Below, one piece after another: positions 49,392 to 59,500 of a stretch of DNA of 64,000 bases (positions within the stretch are counted from its first letter, which is position 1; every line of letters starts with the position of its first letter). The position numbers and the translations under genes are program-made. This DNA is from Dehalococcoidia bacterium (GTDB lineage: Bacteria; Chloroflexota; Dehalococcoidia; UBA6926). The stretch spans positions 205,247-269,246 of the forward strand of contig CAXXET010000004.1 in the NCBI GenBank assembly GCA_963666115.2, given 5' to 3'. The notes below the pieces were generated by a model. It searched no databases and was not told the DNA's origin. It saw nothing but the letters and a program-made list of their open reading frames with translations.

Positions 49392-50087
49392 ATGAGCACC
49401 CACGATTCACACCCCAACAACCACCTGACCGCCTGCATTGTGGCGGGAGGCGACGTTACGCCCGGCGAGCGCGTCATGGCGGTGCTGCGGGAGAGCGGCA
49501 TCATCATCGCCGCCGATCGCGGGCTGAATACGTGCCTGGAGCTGGGCGTCACGCCGACGCTGTGCATCGGGGATTTCGATTCCGCGTCAGAGGATGCCAT
49601 TCGGACGGCGCGTGAGCGTGGGTGGGTATTGCTGGAGTACCCATCGGAGAAGGCAGCGACGGACGGGGAACTGGCGCTGGATGAGGCAATCGCGAGGGGC
49701 GCGACGAAGATTCGGATACTGGGCGCGTTGACCGGTTCGGATCGGATGGATCACGGGGCGGCGAACCTGCTGTTGTTGGCGCGGCCGGATTTAAGGGGAA
49801 TCGACATCCGGCTGATGGATGAGAACCGGGAGGCGTTCGTTCTTGGGAAGGGCGAATCGGCGTCCGTCTCAGGCCAGCGCGGGGATTACGTGACGCTGCT
49901 GCCGCTCTCGGAGACGGGCGCGACGGTGACGACGTGGGGGCTGAAGTACGATCTGCTCGGCATCACGCTCCAGTACGGCGCGACGCGCGGGGTCAGCAAT
50001 GAGCTGGTGTGGGCGGATGCGAATATCACGGTGGAGGAGGGGCGGGCGCTGGCGGTGCAGGAGCGGGTGCTGCAAACGGGAATCTAA
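49392..50087 (+). CDS. Thiamine pyrophosphokinase
   Basis: 231 aa. ...IIAADRGLN...CIGDFDS... and the C-terminal thiamine-binding beta domain pattern are present. Confidence 0.75.
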   Translation: MSTHDSHPNNHLTACIVAGGDVTPGERVMAVLRESGIIIAADRGLNTCLELGVTPTLCIGDFDSASEDAIRTARERGWVLLEYPSEKAATDGELALDEAIARGATKIRILGALTGSDRMDHGAANLLLLARPDLRGIDIRLMDENREAFVLGKGESASVSGQRGDYVTLLPLSETGATVTTWGLKYDLLGITLQYGATRGVSNELVWADANITVEEGRALAVQERVLQTGI

Positions 50088-50097
50088 CGGTTCCGGG

Positions 50098-50301
50098 TTA
50101 TGCGCGGGGCGTAGCGGTCGGGGCCGTGTCCTGCGGGTGGCGCTGTGCCGGTTTGTCGCCTTGCAGGCCAGCGAGCCAATCCTGAACCGTGCGCCCTTCC
50201 AGGCTACGCAGATGCGCCCCGAGTCGACGGATATCGTACCCGTGCTCGCGGGCGATCTCGTCCTTAACTCTCCAGAGTTCTTCGATGATTTCATCAGCCA
50301 T
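50098..50301 (-). CDS. Small hypothetical protein (TA-associated type)
   Basis: 67 aa: MADEIIEELWRVKDEIAREHGYDIRRLGAHLRSLE.... Its ATG overlaps the stop of a 34-codon upstream ORF (ATGGCTGA). Confidence 0.5.
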   Translation of the reverse strand: MADEIIEELWRVKDEIAREHGYDIRRLGAHLRSLEGRTVQDWLAGLQGDKPAQRHPQDTAPTATPRA

Positions 50302-50398
50302 CGGCGATCTCTCCCATCAATTCCCTTGGCAATCGCGCCGTTAAATAGGAAACGACCGACGTTTCGATGTAGACCGTGCCTGCACTTTCAGGTGTCAT
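50294..50398 (-). CDS. 34-codon ORF resembling the N-terminus of a PIN-domain protein (possible gene remnant)
   Basis: My own translation gives MTPESAGTVYIETSVVSYLTARLPRELMGEIADG. The segment VYIETSVVSYLTAR resembles the first strand and acidic residue of a PIN subfamily. The ORF is too short for the supplied ORF track. Confidence 0.25.
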   Translation of the reverse strand: MTPESAGTVYIETSVVSYLTARLPRELMGEIADG

Positions 50399-50551
50399 CA
50401 ACCTGCGGCTCGAATATTGCCTTTATTCCCGTTGCTGCTCTCCCATGCTATTTCGCTCCGCCATTATAGTAGGGCGTCGCACTGACTGGTGGGCGGCGGG
50501 ACGCGGTGGGGATTCTTCGTCCTGGTGGTATAGTGCTTGTAGGAGAAACCG

Positions 50552-50941
50552 ATGACTGCTGTTGAGTCCGATGCCGCGCACATATTCGCAGATGCCCGCT
50601 TCATGCGGGACGCCGCGCTTGAGCGCATGGCCGCGGGAGACATCAGGGACGCGGCTGAGAAGGCGTGGTGCGCCACCATGCGCGCAGCGGAGGCCCTCGT
50701 GCTTGCCCGGACAGGCGAGGAGCCCCGGACATCCACAGTCGCAAATCGAAGGCTGCGGGCCATTGCCGCCGAAGACGGTTCCGTTCGGAACCTTGCACAC
50801 CTTTACTCCTACCGTCAGGACGTCCTGCACGGCGAGTGCTTCTACCACGAATACTGCCAGCCTGAGGTGACGGAGCAACTCATCAACGAGACATTGGACT
50901 ACATACAGGACGCTGAGCGGTTGGCTTCGCCCTCCTCGTAG
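50552..50941 (+). CDS. HEPN-superfamily protein (PaREP1-like) with an Rx4H motif
   Basis: 129 aa, predicted all-helical. It has AAEKAWCATMRAAEAL and YSYRQDVLHGE (R-x4-H). Confidence 0.55.
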   Translation: MTAVESDAAHIFADARFMRDAALERMAAGDIRDAAEKAWCATMRAAEALVLARTGEEPRTSTVANRRLRAIAAEDGSVRNLAHLYSYRQDVLHGECFYHEYCQPEVTEQLINETLDYIQDAERLASPSS

Positions 50942-50947
50942 GGAAGT

Positions 50948-50973
50948 CCCGTTCACCCTGAGCCTGTCGAGGA
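50948..50973. repeat. Repeat family A copy (inverted orientation)
   Basis: cccgttcaccctgagcctgtcgagga, between the HEPN gene and the 70-aa ORF. Confidence 0.75.
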
Positions 50974-50980
50974 GACGGAC

Positions 50981-51193
50981 ATGCCAACCGCAGTTGAGGT
51001 TCAGAAGGCGATAACCGACCTTCCAAAGGCGGAGTATGACAAGCTGATCCATTGGCTCCAGGACTATGACTGGGACGTGTGGGACCGGGAGCTTGAAGAG
51101 GACGCAGAGGCCGGGAGGCTGAGGTTGGTGGCGGGCAAGGCCCTTGACAACCGTGCCGCTTATCGCAATCCTGATGGAAAGGTTCCTCCCTGA
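50981..51193 (+). CDS. Small antitoxin-like protein
   Basis: 70 aa. ...LPKAEYDKLIHWLQDYDWDVWDRELEEDAEAGRL resembles small addiction-module components. It lies 40 nt downstream of the HEPN gene. Confidence 0.45.
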   Translation: MPTAVEVQKAITDLPKAEYDKLIHWLQDYDWDVWDRELEEDAEAGRLRLVAGKALDNRAAYRNPDGKVPP

Positions 51194-51257
51194 TGACAAG
51201 AGCCCAAGGGGCTCTCTCCGGAAACGGAGTAGTCGGGGAGGTCATTTTTAATCGCGC

Positions 51258-51920
51258 TCAGTAGTAGCGCCGTGTACCGTCGCGGAAGATGTCAGACTCG
51301 GTGCGGATGGCGGAATTGATCCGGTTGTAGGCAGTCTCGTCTCCTCTCTCGTGCTTGCGGAAGACAGCCCAGCAACAGTAGTCGGCAATTTGGAGGCCAT
51401 AATGGGAGCGCGAATCATGGTGCGCTATGCGATAGCGCGTTCCTTCCGGCAACATGTTTGCCAAGGTGACCTTAATCGCCTTTTCGACGGCCCGGCGCCT
51501 CTTCTGCACGGGAAGACTGTCAGTAATAATGATGACCTCATCGGTGTCAGGATGCGATGACCTTGCGAGCAAGTCCCCAAGCAAATGCCCCAGCATCTGC
51601 GGGTAAAAGCGCCCATCGGCTCTGAGAGCCGGCTCTGTCTTGCTCTTCTCCACAATGACGCTGTCCACGTGTATGCCAGCCAAGCCGTTTGAGATGATGT
51701 CAAACACGTGCCCACGCACACGAGGGTTGTCCTCTGAACAGTGAAAGTACTCCTGTTCCACACCTTGCTCAAGAAGATCATACTTGTACGAATCGAGCGT
51801 CTCATTCAATCGAAATGGCCTCCGCATGCTGACACCGGTTAGCGCGAAGAAGCGTGTGCCGCTCACGCTAAAGTCCAGATTGCCGGATTCGTCAAGGAAT
51901 ACGTACAGCGCCTCGTTCAA
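51258..51920 (-). CDS. DUF3800 domain protein
   Basis: The N-terminal YVFLDESGNLDFS is characteristic of DUF3800. It lies in an AT-richer segment. Confidence 0.7.
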   Translation of the reverse strand: MNEALYVFLDESGNLDFSVSGTRFFALTGVSMRRPFRLNETLDSYKYDLLEQGVEQEYFHCSEDNPRVRGHVFDIISNGLAGIHVDSVIVEKSKTEPALRADGRFYPQMLGHLLGDLLARSSHPDTDEVIIITDSLPVQKRRRAVEKAIKVTLANMLPEGTRYRIAHHDSRSHYGLQIADYCCWAVFRKHERGDETAYNRINSAIRTESDIFRDGTRRYY

Positions 51921-52006
51921 GAGATTGCCGCCCCCTCAGCCGCCCAATTGCCGCATGGTTCACCCGCTTCCTGGGCGAGTATAGCAATCCCCAGCCCTCA
52001 GCCCCC

Positions 52007-52076
52007 CGCTCACCCTGAGCCTGTCGAAGGGCGAACCCGCCCGCACCGTCTTTCCCGCGAACGCGGGAATCCAGCC
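52007..52076. repeat. Mosaic repeat: family A (inverted, 52007..52032) + family B hairpin (52051..52076)
   Basis: It contains cgctcaccctgagcctgtcgaagggc and tttcccgcgaacgcgggaatccagcc. Confidence 0.75.
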
Positions 52077-52152
52077 CCCGCCCTCTCATTCCGGCGAAAG
52101 ACCACAGAGGGCGACGATTTGACACATCTGCTCTACAGACAGCATAGTACAC

Positions 52153-52350
52153 ATGAGCGCAGTACTTCGGAAGCCTTACGGAGGTTCGGAAATGATGGTG
52201 GGAATGATGGTCTCGCTGGGAATTCTTGGCCTGGGGTTGCTCCTAATCCTCGTCGGACTCAACAGCCCCCTCTCGCTAATTCAGGTTGGTATCGGCATCT
52301 TCTTGGCAGTGCTTGGAGCAGCGGGATTTCTCTTATCGCTGAAGAGATAA
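52153..52350 (+). CDS. Small two-TM membrane protein (hypothetical)
   Basis: 65 aa with two hydrophobic helices. No homology recognised. Confidence 0.3.
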   Translation: MSAVLRKPYGGSEMMVGMMVSLGILGLGLLLILVGLNSPLSLIQVGIGIFLAVLGAAGFLLSLKR

Positions 52351-52390
52351 TATGCCAGCCGCCAGCTATATGTTCCAATCCCGTCCCCGT

Positions 52391-52417
52391 CATTCCCGTG
52401 ACAACGGGAATCCAGCC
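52391..52417. repeat. Repeat family B copy
   Basis: cattcccgtgacaacgggaatccagcc shares the gggaatccagcc end with 52065..52076. Confidence 0.65.
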
Positions 52418-52591
52418 CGGCTCCCGTCCACGCAGGGCGAGCCACAATTCCCTCCTCCATTTCAGCGCGGTGGGCCACAATGGTGTCACGCTTGCAAACG
52501 CAGAACGTCGGAGCTATCATATGCTTTCTAGGACGACTACATCGGGGTTTCCACCCGTGGTCAAATCGACGCCGCAACGGCAAGGGGGGCA

Positions 52592-52903
52592 GTGATGATT
52601 ATTGTGCACTTAGCGATTCTGGCGCTGGGAGCCGTACTTGGCTTCCGAGCGCACTTGCTGGCAGCAGTGCTGTCGGCGGCATACATCATGATGTGGTACG
52701 TTGCGATTGAGCCGTGGATCCAAGGGCTTGGCGGTAACACGGTATCACTTGTGTCATTGCTATTGGCCGTACCTACCGCCTTGCTGGCAGTCCTAACCGT
52801 CGTCGCGTGGTGGCTGGCCGCAGGCATCATAGTGGGGTTCGCGCTAAGGTGCCTTACAGTTGGCACGCTCCACCTTCTGGGAAACCTCGGAGGTGGGCGC
52901 TAA
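52592..52903 (+). CDS. Small multi-TM membrane protein (hypothetical)
   Basis: 103 aa with 3-4 hydrophobic helices. No homology recognised. Confidence 0.3.
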   Translation: MMIIVHLAILALGAVLGFRAHLLAAVLSAAYIMMWYVAIEPWIQGLGGNTVSLVSLLLAVPTALLAVLTVVAWWLAAGIIVGFALRCLTVGTLHLLGNLGGGR

Positions 52904-52963
52904 GGCTGGTGGGCTAAACTTCCTGAACCGGAAGTTGCTTCTTTGGGGTAACCTGCCGTCCCC

Positions 52964-55900
52964 CTACCCCCGCCCACCTCTGGTGCCTGCGCGCGTGTGG
53001 CGGAACTCCACCCGTTCAATCAGGAGCGACCGTATCTCATCAAGTTTGTCCGCAAAGCCGAATTGCTTGCCGACGATTTCGTCAATGCGGAGATGGTGCT
53101 CAGTTTTTAGCTCCTCTGTGACGGGCAATGGCGATCTGTCCGCGACGCTCTTGAACAGGGCACGCGCCTCATCGCCAAAGTCGAAATCAAAGTGGACAGG
53201 AAAGGGCTTCATGTCCGTGGCCTCCGCCTTCAGCAACCCACCTCCCAAGTTGGCCCTACCCGTGAGCTCTCTGTAGAGCCAGGCAAATGACGAGTTCATG
53301 TAGAGCCACAGGCAGTAATGCAGATCGGATTCCCAACGCCCGTCAGGCAAGTAAAGCTCTACACCACTGAATGAAAAGGCTTTGCTCTGGTTTAGGGCGC
53401 AGTAATGTCTGGTGCCGATGCCTCTAGGCATCAGGAGCGCCGGAACTTTGGAAAGCCGCGAATCGGACACATCATCTTTACGGACGTGCGCGTCCGGCTC
53501 ATTGCAGCCAAACTCTGGCACGTCCACCACAACACCAATTGTGGCACCAGCTACATTGTGCAACTTCTTTGAGACATTGATGCCTTGCCCAAACTCAATG
53601 GTTGGCTTCTGCGGGCGTTTTTCTGAAACGGATACGTCAGCCAAGATAGCCCGGAACCAGTCGGGCATCGCAAAAAGGTGACCCCACTTCATGCCCGAGG
53701 TTATATCGATTGACCGCGTATCGGTCTGTGCCATGCTCTCATTGACGACGTGATAGTCAATCGGCGTGTCCCTGTAGTTGCCGAAGGTGCAGACTATGGC
53801 GTTGATGTTGGGCCCGGATGCGTCAGAGAAGAACCGTGCCGAAGTATCAACGATGCTGCGGAAGGAGAATCGCCCCTTTGTGAACTTCTGGAATACCTGA
53901 CCATAATCCGAGGTAAGCCAACCGTTCTGAGTTACGAACGAAGCCGTTCCGTGATTCGCCAAGAGTTTCGCCGCTCGCGCGAAGAAATAGATGAGGAGGT
54001 CACTGCCCCCAGCCACTGTCTCGCCCCAGTCCTTTTGTACAACACTCCTGTAACTCTCTTTGGCGTCCTGTGCAAACAAGCTATTGCGTGCTTCAAGGTA
54101 CGGCGGGTTCGCGATCACGATGTCAAAGCCGTCGCGGACTCCGAACATGAACTCCGGATCGAACCAGTCTGCCGCGTCCTGTGAGTCGGCCAGCACGCTC
54201 TGCTCCATCGGGTCCCAGTTAGCAATCTTCGATGCGCCGTCCGTTGGGAAGTCCGCCTGCATCAGGTATTGGGCAAGCAGGCCGCGGAGACGGCGATCCT
54301 CGTCGCGCAGCCGGCGCTTCTCCTGTCGCGCCGCGCCTGCGTGGAAGAATCGTTCCCGGTTGTCCAGGAGTTGCTGCTGCGTGCGGCGGACGTTCTCATC
54401 CTGGTCGCCGAACGAAAGCTGCTCGGGGCGGTCTAGGCCCAGCAGCGTATCCGCCGTGACGAACCGCGTTTCAAGGTTTGGCAGTGGGCGGATGCCGAAG
54501 TTGTCCGCCGGATCATCATTGGAGTCCTGCTCGATAGCGAGGGAGATGAAGAAGCGCAGCTTGGCGATTTCCCCCGCGTTTGGGTCGATGTCAACGCCGT
54601 AGATGCTGTTCTGGATCAGGTAGAGTTTGCGCCCAAAGTTGGACTCCTTGTACCGTTCGAACGTCCCGCTAATCTGATTCAGCGCGGCGTCCCTGTCCTG
54701 TATCTCGGATATCCAGAAGGCTTGGTCGGCCCGCGCGGACGCGATTTCACGCTGCGTTTGCTCCCATAGGGCATTGTCCGGATCCAAGCGGCGCAAAGCC
54801 AGGGTGAGCTTATGGAGGACGCCCATGGGGAACGCGCCCGAACCGACGGCGGGATCGAGAACGCGCAGGGCCGCAATTGCGCGGACAATGCGCTCTTTCT
54901 CCGCGTCCTCAAACAACTCCCCGCCTTGCGCGTAATCGAACAGGAAGTGAAGCCGCTCCGCCCACCAGTCGTTCGGATCACCGTCCGGCGCGAGCTTGGT
55001 GAGCAGGGCGGCGACGAGGGCCTCATCCGCCATGTAATCGACGACGGGGCGGGGCGTGTAGTAGGAGCCGGCCTGCTTGCGGGCACTCTCGCCGGTCTCC
55101 GCGTTGATGGACGCCAGCAGGTTCTCAAACACTTTGCCCAACAACTCCGGGTCTAGCGCGACCTCCATATCCGTCGGTGTATTCTCCTCGACGGTGAACT
55201 TGTAGTGGTTGAAGAGCGTGATCAGCCCCTTGTCATCAAAGAAGAGGCGGTTGGGCCATGAAAGTTTGCCGTGCTCATCCGTGCCCTTTCTGAGCATGTT
55301 GTCGCTGAAGTAGTCGATGCGGTAGCCGCCGTCTCCGGCCGCCTCAAAGCTGTCCAGGCAGTCGAACAAGCCGCCGTTGATGAACGGCGTCCGGTCGAAT
55401 AGCGCCCGCAGACGCGTCGGATCCGCCATCTCTTTCTCATAGCGGTACAGCGAGGTCAGGCGATGGGTCTTGTTCGCGCGGCTGCTAAAGCCGCGGTCAG
55501 CGATGCCCGTGTTCAGCGTGGCGAAGAACAGGTTCTGCAGGACGGCGCGATAGTACGAATCGCCCTCAGCGGCGTCATAGCTCTTGAGCAGGTCCTTGAT
55601 CTGGTTCTCGATGAACAGGTCCTCCGCGACGAGGCGCTTTTCCTTGATGAACCACACGAAGAGGAGGCGTGTGATGAGTCGCAGAGTGTGCCGCTCTTTC
55701 GGCTGCTCTCTCGGCACCCCCACCGGGAACTTTGCCTCATCGATAGCGCGGTCGAACCACGCTTTGAGTTCGCTGTAGAACTTCCTGTTCAACTCCTCCG
55801 TGTCCAACTCGTCAAGCCACGCCGCAAGCAGGCCCTCAAAGTTGGGTTGCTTGCGCTCCTTATCCATCCAGTCCAGGCGCTTATCAAGCGATAGTTCGCT

Positions 55901-56509
55901 GATGATGTCCACGTGGGCGCGATGGGGCTTCACCGGATCAATCTCGCGGATTAGGGAGACTGCGCCCAGGACGTCTCGATCCGGGTTCCGTATGTTGGGG
56001 CGGCGGTGGACGAATGAGACGGTGAGGTGGCCCGTCGCTGTCCGGAAGAGGACGACGGCGGGGATGGCGGGGAAGCGGCGGTTGACCTCCCGCGTCATGG
56101 CGGCGTAGGCGCCCCGGCGGTATTCGTCGCTCGTGAGTTCCGCAGCGACGAAGAGGAAGCTGCGTATCGAGTTGACGTCAAAGGCTGCGCCGTCCGAGAG
56201 TTTGAGACGCTGCTGCCCGCGCTCCGCGTTGATCTCCGCATCCGTGAGTTGGAAGAGCACGTGGAGGGATGAGGCATTGTTGCGCAAGAGGGTTTCATCC
56301 GCCGTCGGCGGCGTATCGGGCGGGAAGGGTTTGCCATCCGGCTTGAGGCGAGGATACGCGGACAGGAACGCGCCCAGATCGCCCGTCTGACCCGGCGGCG
56401 TCCGGTCGCTCTTGTAGCCGAGCGTGTCCAGGAGCGCCGCCGCGCCATCGGCAAAAATCACCCTGCGATGCGTCGCGGAGCGCGTTTTGGATGGGCTGCC
56501 TCGCGGCAA
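52964..56509 (-). CDS. Eco57I / type IIG-family N6-adenine DNA methyltransferase with its own target-recognition region
   Basis: 1181 aa. It has GSYYTPRPVVDYM, motif I VLDPAVGSGAFP and motif IV FDIVIANPPY, followed by about 450 aa of TRD-like sequence. The N-terminal part has the LITRLLFVWFIKEKRL region common to type IIG/PglX-like enzymes. Confidence 0.85.
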   Translation of the reverse strand: MPRGSPSKTRSATHRRVIFADGAAALLDTLGYKSDRTPPGQTGDLGAFLSAYPRLKPDGKPFPPDTPPTADETLLRNNASSLHVLFQLTDAEINAERGQQRLKLSDGAAFDVNSIRSFLFVAAELTSDEYRRGAYAAMTREVNRRFPAIPAVVLFRTATGHLTVSFVHRRPNIRNPDRDVLGAVSLIREIDPVKPHRAHVDIISELSLDKRLDWMDKERKQPNFEGLLAAWLDELDTEELNRKFYSELKAWFDRAIDEAKFPVGVPREQPKERHTLRLITRLLFVWFIKEKRLVAEDLFIENQIKDLLKSYDAAEGDSYYRAVLQNLFFATLNTGIADRGFSSRANKTHRLTSLYRYEKEMADPTRLRALFDRTPFINGGLFDCLDSFEAAGDGGYRIDYFSDNMLRKGTDEHGKLSWPNRLFFDDKGLITLFNHYKFTVEENTPTDMEVALDPELLGKVFENLLASINAETGESARKQAGSYYTPRPVVDYMADEALVAALLTKLAPDGDPNDWWAERLHFLFDYAQGGELFEDAEKERIVRAIAALRVLDPAVGSGAFPMGVLHKLTLALRRLDPDNALWEQTQREIASARADQAFWISEIQDRDAALNQISGTFERYKESNFGRKLYLIQNSIYGVDIDPNAGEIAKLRFFISLAIEQDSNDDPADNFGIRPLPNLETRFVTADTLLGLDRPEQLSFGDQDENVRRTQQQLLDNRERFFHAGAARQEKRRLRDEDRRLRGLLAQYLMQADFPTDGASKIANWDPMEQSVLADSQDAADWFDPEFMFGVRDGFDIVIANPPYLEARNSLFAQDAKESYRSVVQKDWGETVAGGSDLLIYFFARAAKLLANHGTASFVTQNGWLTSDYGQVFQKFTKGRFSFRSIVDTSARFFSDASGPNINAIVCTFGNYRDTPIDYHVVNESMAQTDTRSIDITSGMKWGHLFAMPDWFRAILADVSVSEKRPQKPTIEFGQGINVSKKLHNVAGATIGVVVDVPEFGCNEPDAHVRKDDVSDSRLSKVPALLMPRGIGTRHYCALNQSKAFSFSGVELYLPDGRWESDLHYCLWLYMNSSFAWLYRELTGRANLGGGLLKAEATDMKPFPVHFDFDFGDEARALFKSVADRSPLPVTEELKTEHHLRIDEIVGKQFGFADKLDEIRSLLIERVEFRHTRAGTRGGRG

Positions 56510-56515
56510 CCGTGT

Positions 56516-59500
56516 CTACTTGATTACCAGCCATGTGACAAGCTCGAAGTCTTCCTGTGTGGCGGGCGTTTCGCCGGCCCTGGGCAGGGTGAAGCCCCTG
56601 CCGCCTGTGCTGAGGCCCTGGGCGACGGCGGTTGCGCTGCTCTGCCGGATGTGGGCGATGACGGCTTCCACGAGGTCATTGTAGTGCGACATGTCCTGGC
56701 CCTGCTGCGTTTCGCGCGTGAACTCGTCAGAGAGCGCCGTGATGGGATCGGTCTTGCCGGCGGTCGCCGCGTCAAAGGCCTCCAGCGCCTGCCGCGCGTT
56801 GGCGCACCCGAACCGGATCGTGCCGTTGTCGCCGATGTAGACGAGGTAATAGGGGTGGACGGGGCTTGCGGGGCGTGAGCCGGGCGCGGGCCTGCCGGCG
56901 TTGCGCTGCTTGAGGAGGAAGATGACGCCGGGGCCGTGGGCGTCTTTGGGCGGTTCCGGGGTGACGGCGTACGCGCCGAACGGCATGTTTTCCAGCATGT
57001 CACGGTTCTTTTCCAGGAACTTCCGGAGTTGGACGAGGAAGTAGTCCATTGAGAAATCGCTCAGCACGACGCCGTCGCCCAGGTCGTCAATGTCCAGGAT
57101 TTCGTCGCGCATTCGCCGCAGCTGCTCATCGCGGAACGTCAACTCCATCTGCGCGCCCTCCGCGAGCCCGGCTTCGGTGAAGAGTTCCTCGCCGCCGCCG
57201 GTGGTGTCCACGAGGGCCATGCGGGCCATGACGCGGTTCTCCAGGTCAAGGTATTCCTGCATATTCGGCGTGGGCCAGTAGTTGATCATCCTGACGGAGG
57301 CGCTGCGGCTGCCGATGCGGTCAATGCGGCCAAAGCGCTGGATGAGGCGGACGGGGTTCCAGTGGATGTCATAGTTGACGACGGTATCGCAGTCCTGGAG
57401 GTTCTGGCCTTCCGAGATGCAGTCCGTGGCGATGAGGATATCGATGTCCTGCGCGATCGTGCCGTCGTCACGGCGGTTGCGGGCGACGGGCGCGAAGTCC
57501 GTGAGAATCTCCTGAAAGCGAGTTTCGTACCGCCCGCCGGCGTCCGACGGGGGCGCGGTGTCCCGCGTTTCGTCGCCGGCGACCATGGCCATGCGGACGC
57601 CGCGCGCCTCGGCCTCTTGCCGGAGGTTTTCGTAGAGGTAGAGGGCGGTGTCTTTAAAGGTGGTGAAGGCGAGCAGTTTGCGGTTCTCCTTACCGTCGTT
57701 GTCCGTGGTGGGTGATTCGATGCGCCGGCGGATTTGCGCCTGCAGGTCCTGGAGCTTGCCGTCGCGTTCGGGGGTGATGGCGGCGACGCGCTCACGGACG
57801 GCGTCCAACGTTTCACGATCACGCATGATATCCGCCCGCCAGCGGTCACGGTCAAGCTCATCAAGTCGGTATGGGCGGCGGGCGTGGTTGATGAGGAAGT
57901 CATCGTCGTCGCCGACGTCTTCTTCGTCCGGGGTTTCACCGGCGAGTTCCGCAGTGTTCTCAAAGCGGTCCATGCGCTCCAGCAGGTTGTCCATCTTGGC
58001 GATGGTGCGCTCCAGGGTGAGGGCGAGGGAGTGGGGTGAGCTTTCGAGGCGTTTGAGGAAGTTGACGCGGAGCATGGCGACCAGGTAGTGCTCGCGGTCA
58101 CGCTGGTTGAAGTTGAATTTCGATTTCTCATCCTCCAGCTGCTGCCGGCGGTTCGGGTCATGGAGGTACGCGGACGGCTGGTAGATGGAGAGGGCGAATT
58201 GGCCGATGCGGTCTGAGAGGTCTTTGTAGGAGACGGGCTGTTGGGTGTCCGCCTCCGGGTAGGCATTGACGGGTTTTTCATGTGTGGGGAACTGCCCGAT
58301 GCGCTCCATCTCTTCGGCGTAGGACTGCTGGATTTGGCGGCGGGAGCGGGCGATGGAGACGGTACTGAGCAGGCGCTGGAACTCCGGCCCGAACTTTGCC
58401 ATGAGCCCCGATTTGTCGCGGCGGACGCCGGCCTTCTTCGAGTCCTCCTCCCACGACTTGAACTCGGCCTGGGCAGCGGCCATCACCGTGTTGAGGTTGG
58501 CGATGCTTTCCGTTTCCAGGAAATGGTCGGCACGCCCCTGCGTCATCAAGTGGATCTGGTTGCGAAGATCGATGAGCGACGTGTTGACGGGGGTGGCGGA
58601 CAGCATGAGAACCTGCGTCTGCGCCCCGTCTTTGATGATCTCCTCGAAGAGTTTCTTGTAACGCTTGCCGCCGTCGTTGCGGAAGTTGTGGGACTCGTCG
58701 ATGACGACGAGGTCGTATGCACCCCAGTTGAAATCGCCGAGATCGATGTTGCCGGACCTGCCGCCATCACGGGACAGGTCTGTGTGGGCGAGCACGGTGT
58801 AGCCGAACTGATCATCCCGGAAGGGGTTGTTGAGGCGGTTGTTGTACCGGGGATAGAGCGCCCAGTTTTCCCTGAGCTTGTTGGGACAGAGGACGAGGAC
58901 GCTCTTGTTGCGGAGTTCGTAGTACTTGATAACGGCGAGGGCGGTGTACGTTTTGCCAAGGCCGACGCTGTCCGCGAGGATGCAGCCGTTGTTCCGCTGA
59001 AGTTGGCGGATAATGCTGCGCGCGCCTTCACGCTGGAATTCGTAGAGGTCCTGCCAGATGCGCTTTTCAGAGAGGCGGGTCTGCCGCGCGGCGTCCGCTT
59101 CCCTTTCCATGTCCGCGATCCTGTCCTTGAACATCTCGTACAGCGTCTTGAAGTACACGATCTCCGGGGAGTAGTCGCGGCTGATGCGGCCCAGCGCGTC
59201 CAGCACCTCCTGCTTGACGTCGTAGGTGCGCGCCTCGTCGTTCCAGAGGTTGTCGAACCACTCGCGCAGTTCGTCGCGGAGGGCGGGATCGGGCATATCG
59301 ACGTTGATTTCCAGGTTGGGGCGGGCGCTGCCACCCAGGCCGCTCCTGGTGAAGTTGGAACTGCCAACGATGGCGGCGTCATCCGTGATATACATCTTGC
59401 CGTGCAGGAAGTTGGCCTGGCGGATGGAGCGGATGTCCACCGCGCCGGCGGCGACCCATTCCGCGCAGCGGCGGGCCAATTCCTTTTGATGGAGGATTTG

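Noticed and set aside
50423-51199. 258-aa minus-strand ORF covering the HEPN gene and the 70-aa ORF.
   Set aside because: It reads through a family A repeat (giving LDRLRVNG) and has no recognisable motifs. The plus-strand ORFs carry an Rx4H HEPN motif and an antitoxin-like pattern.
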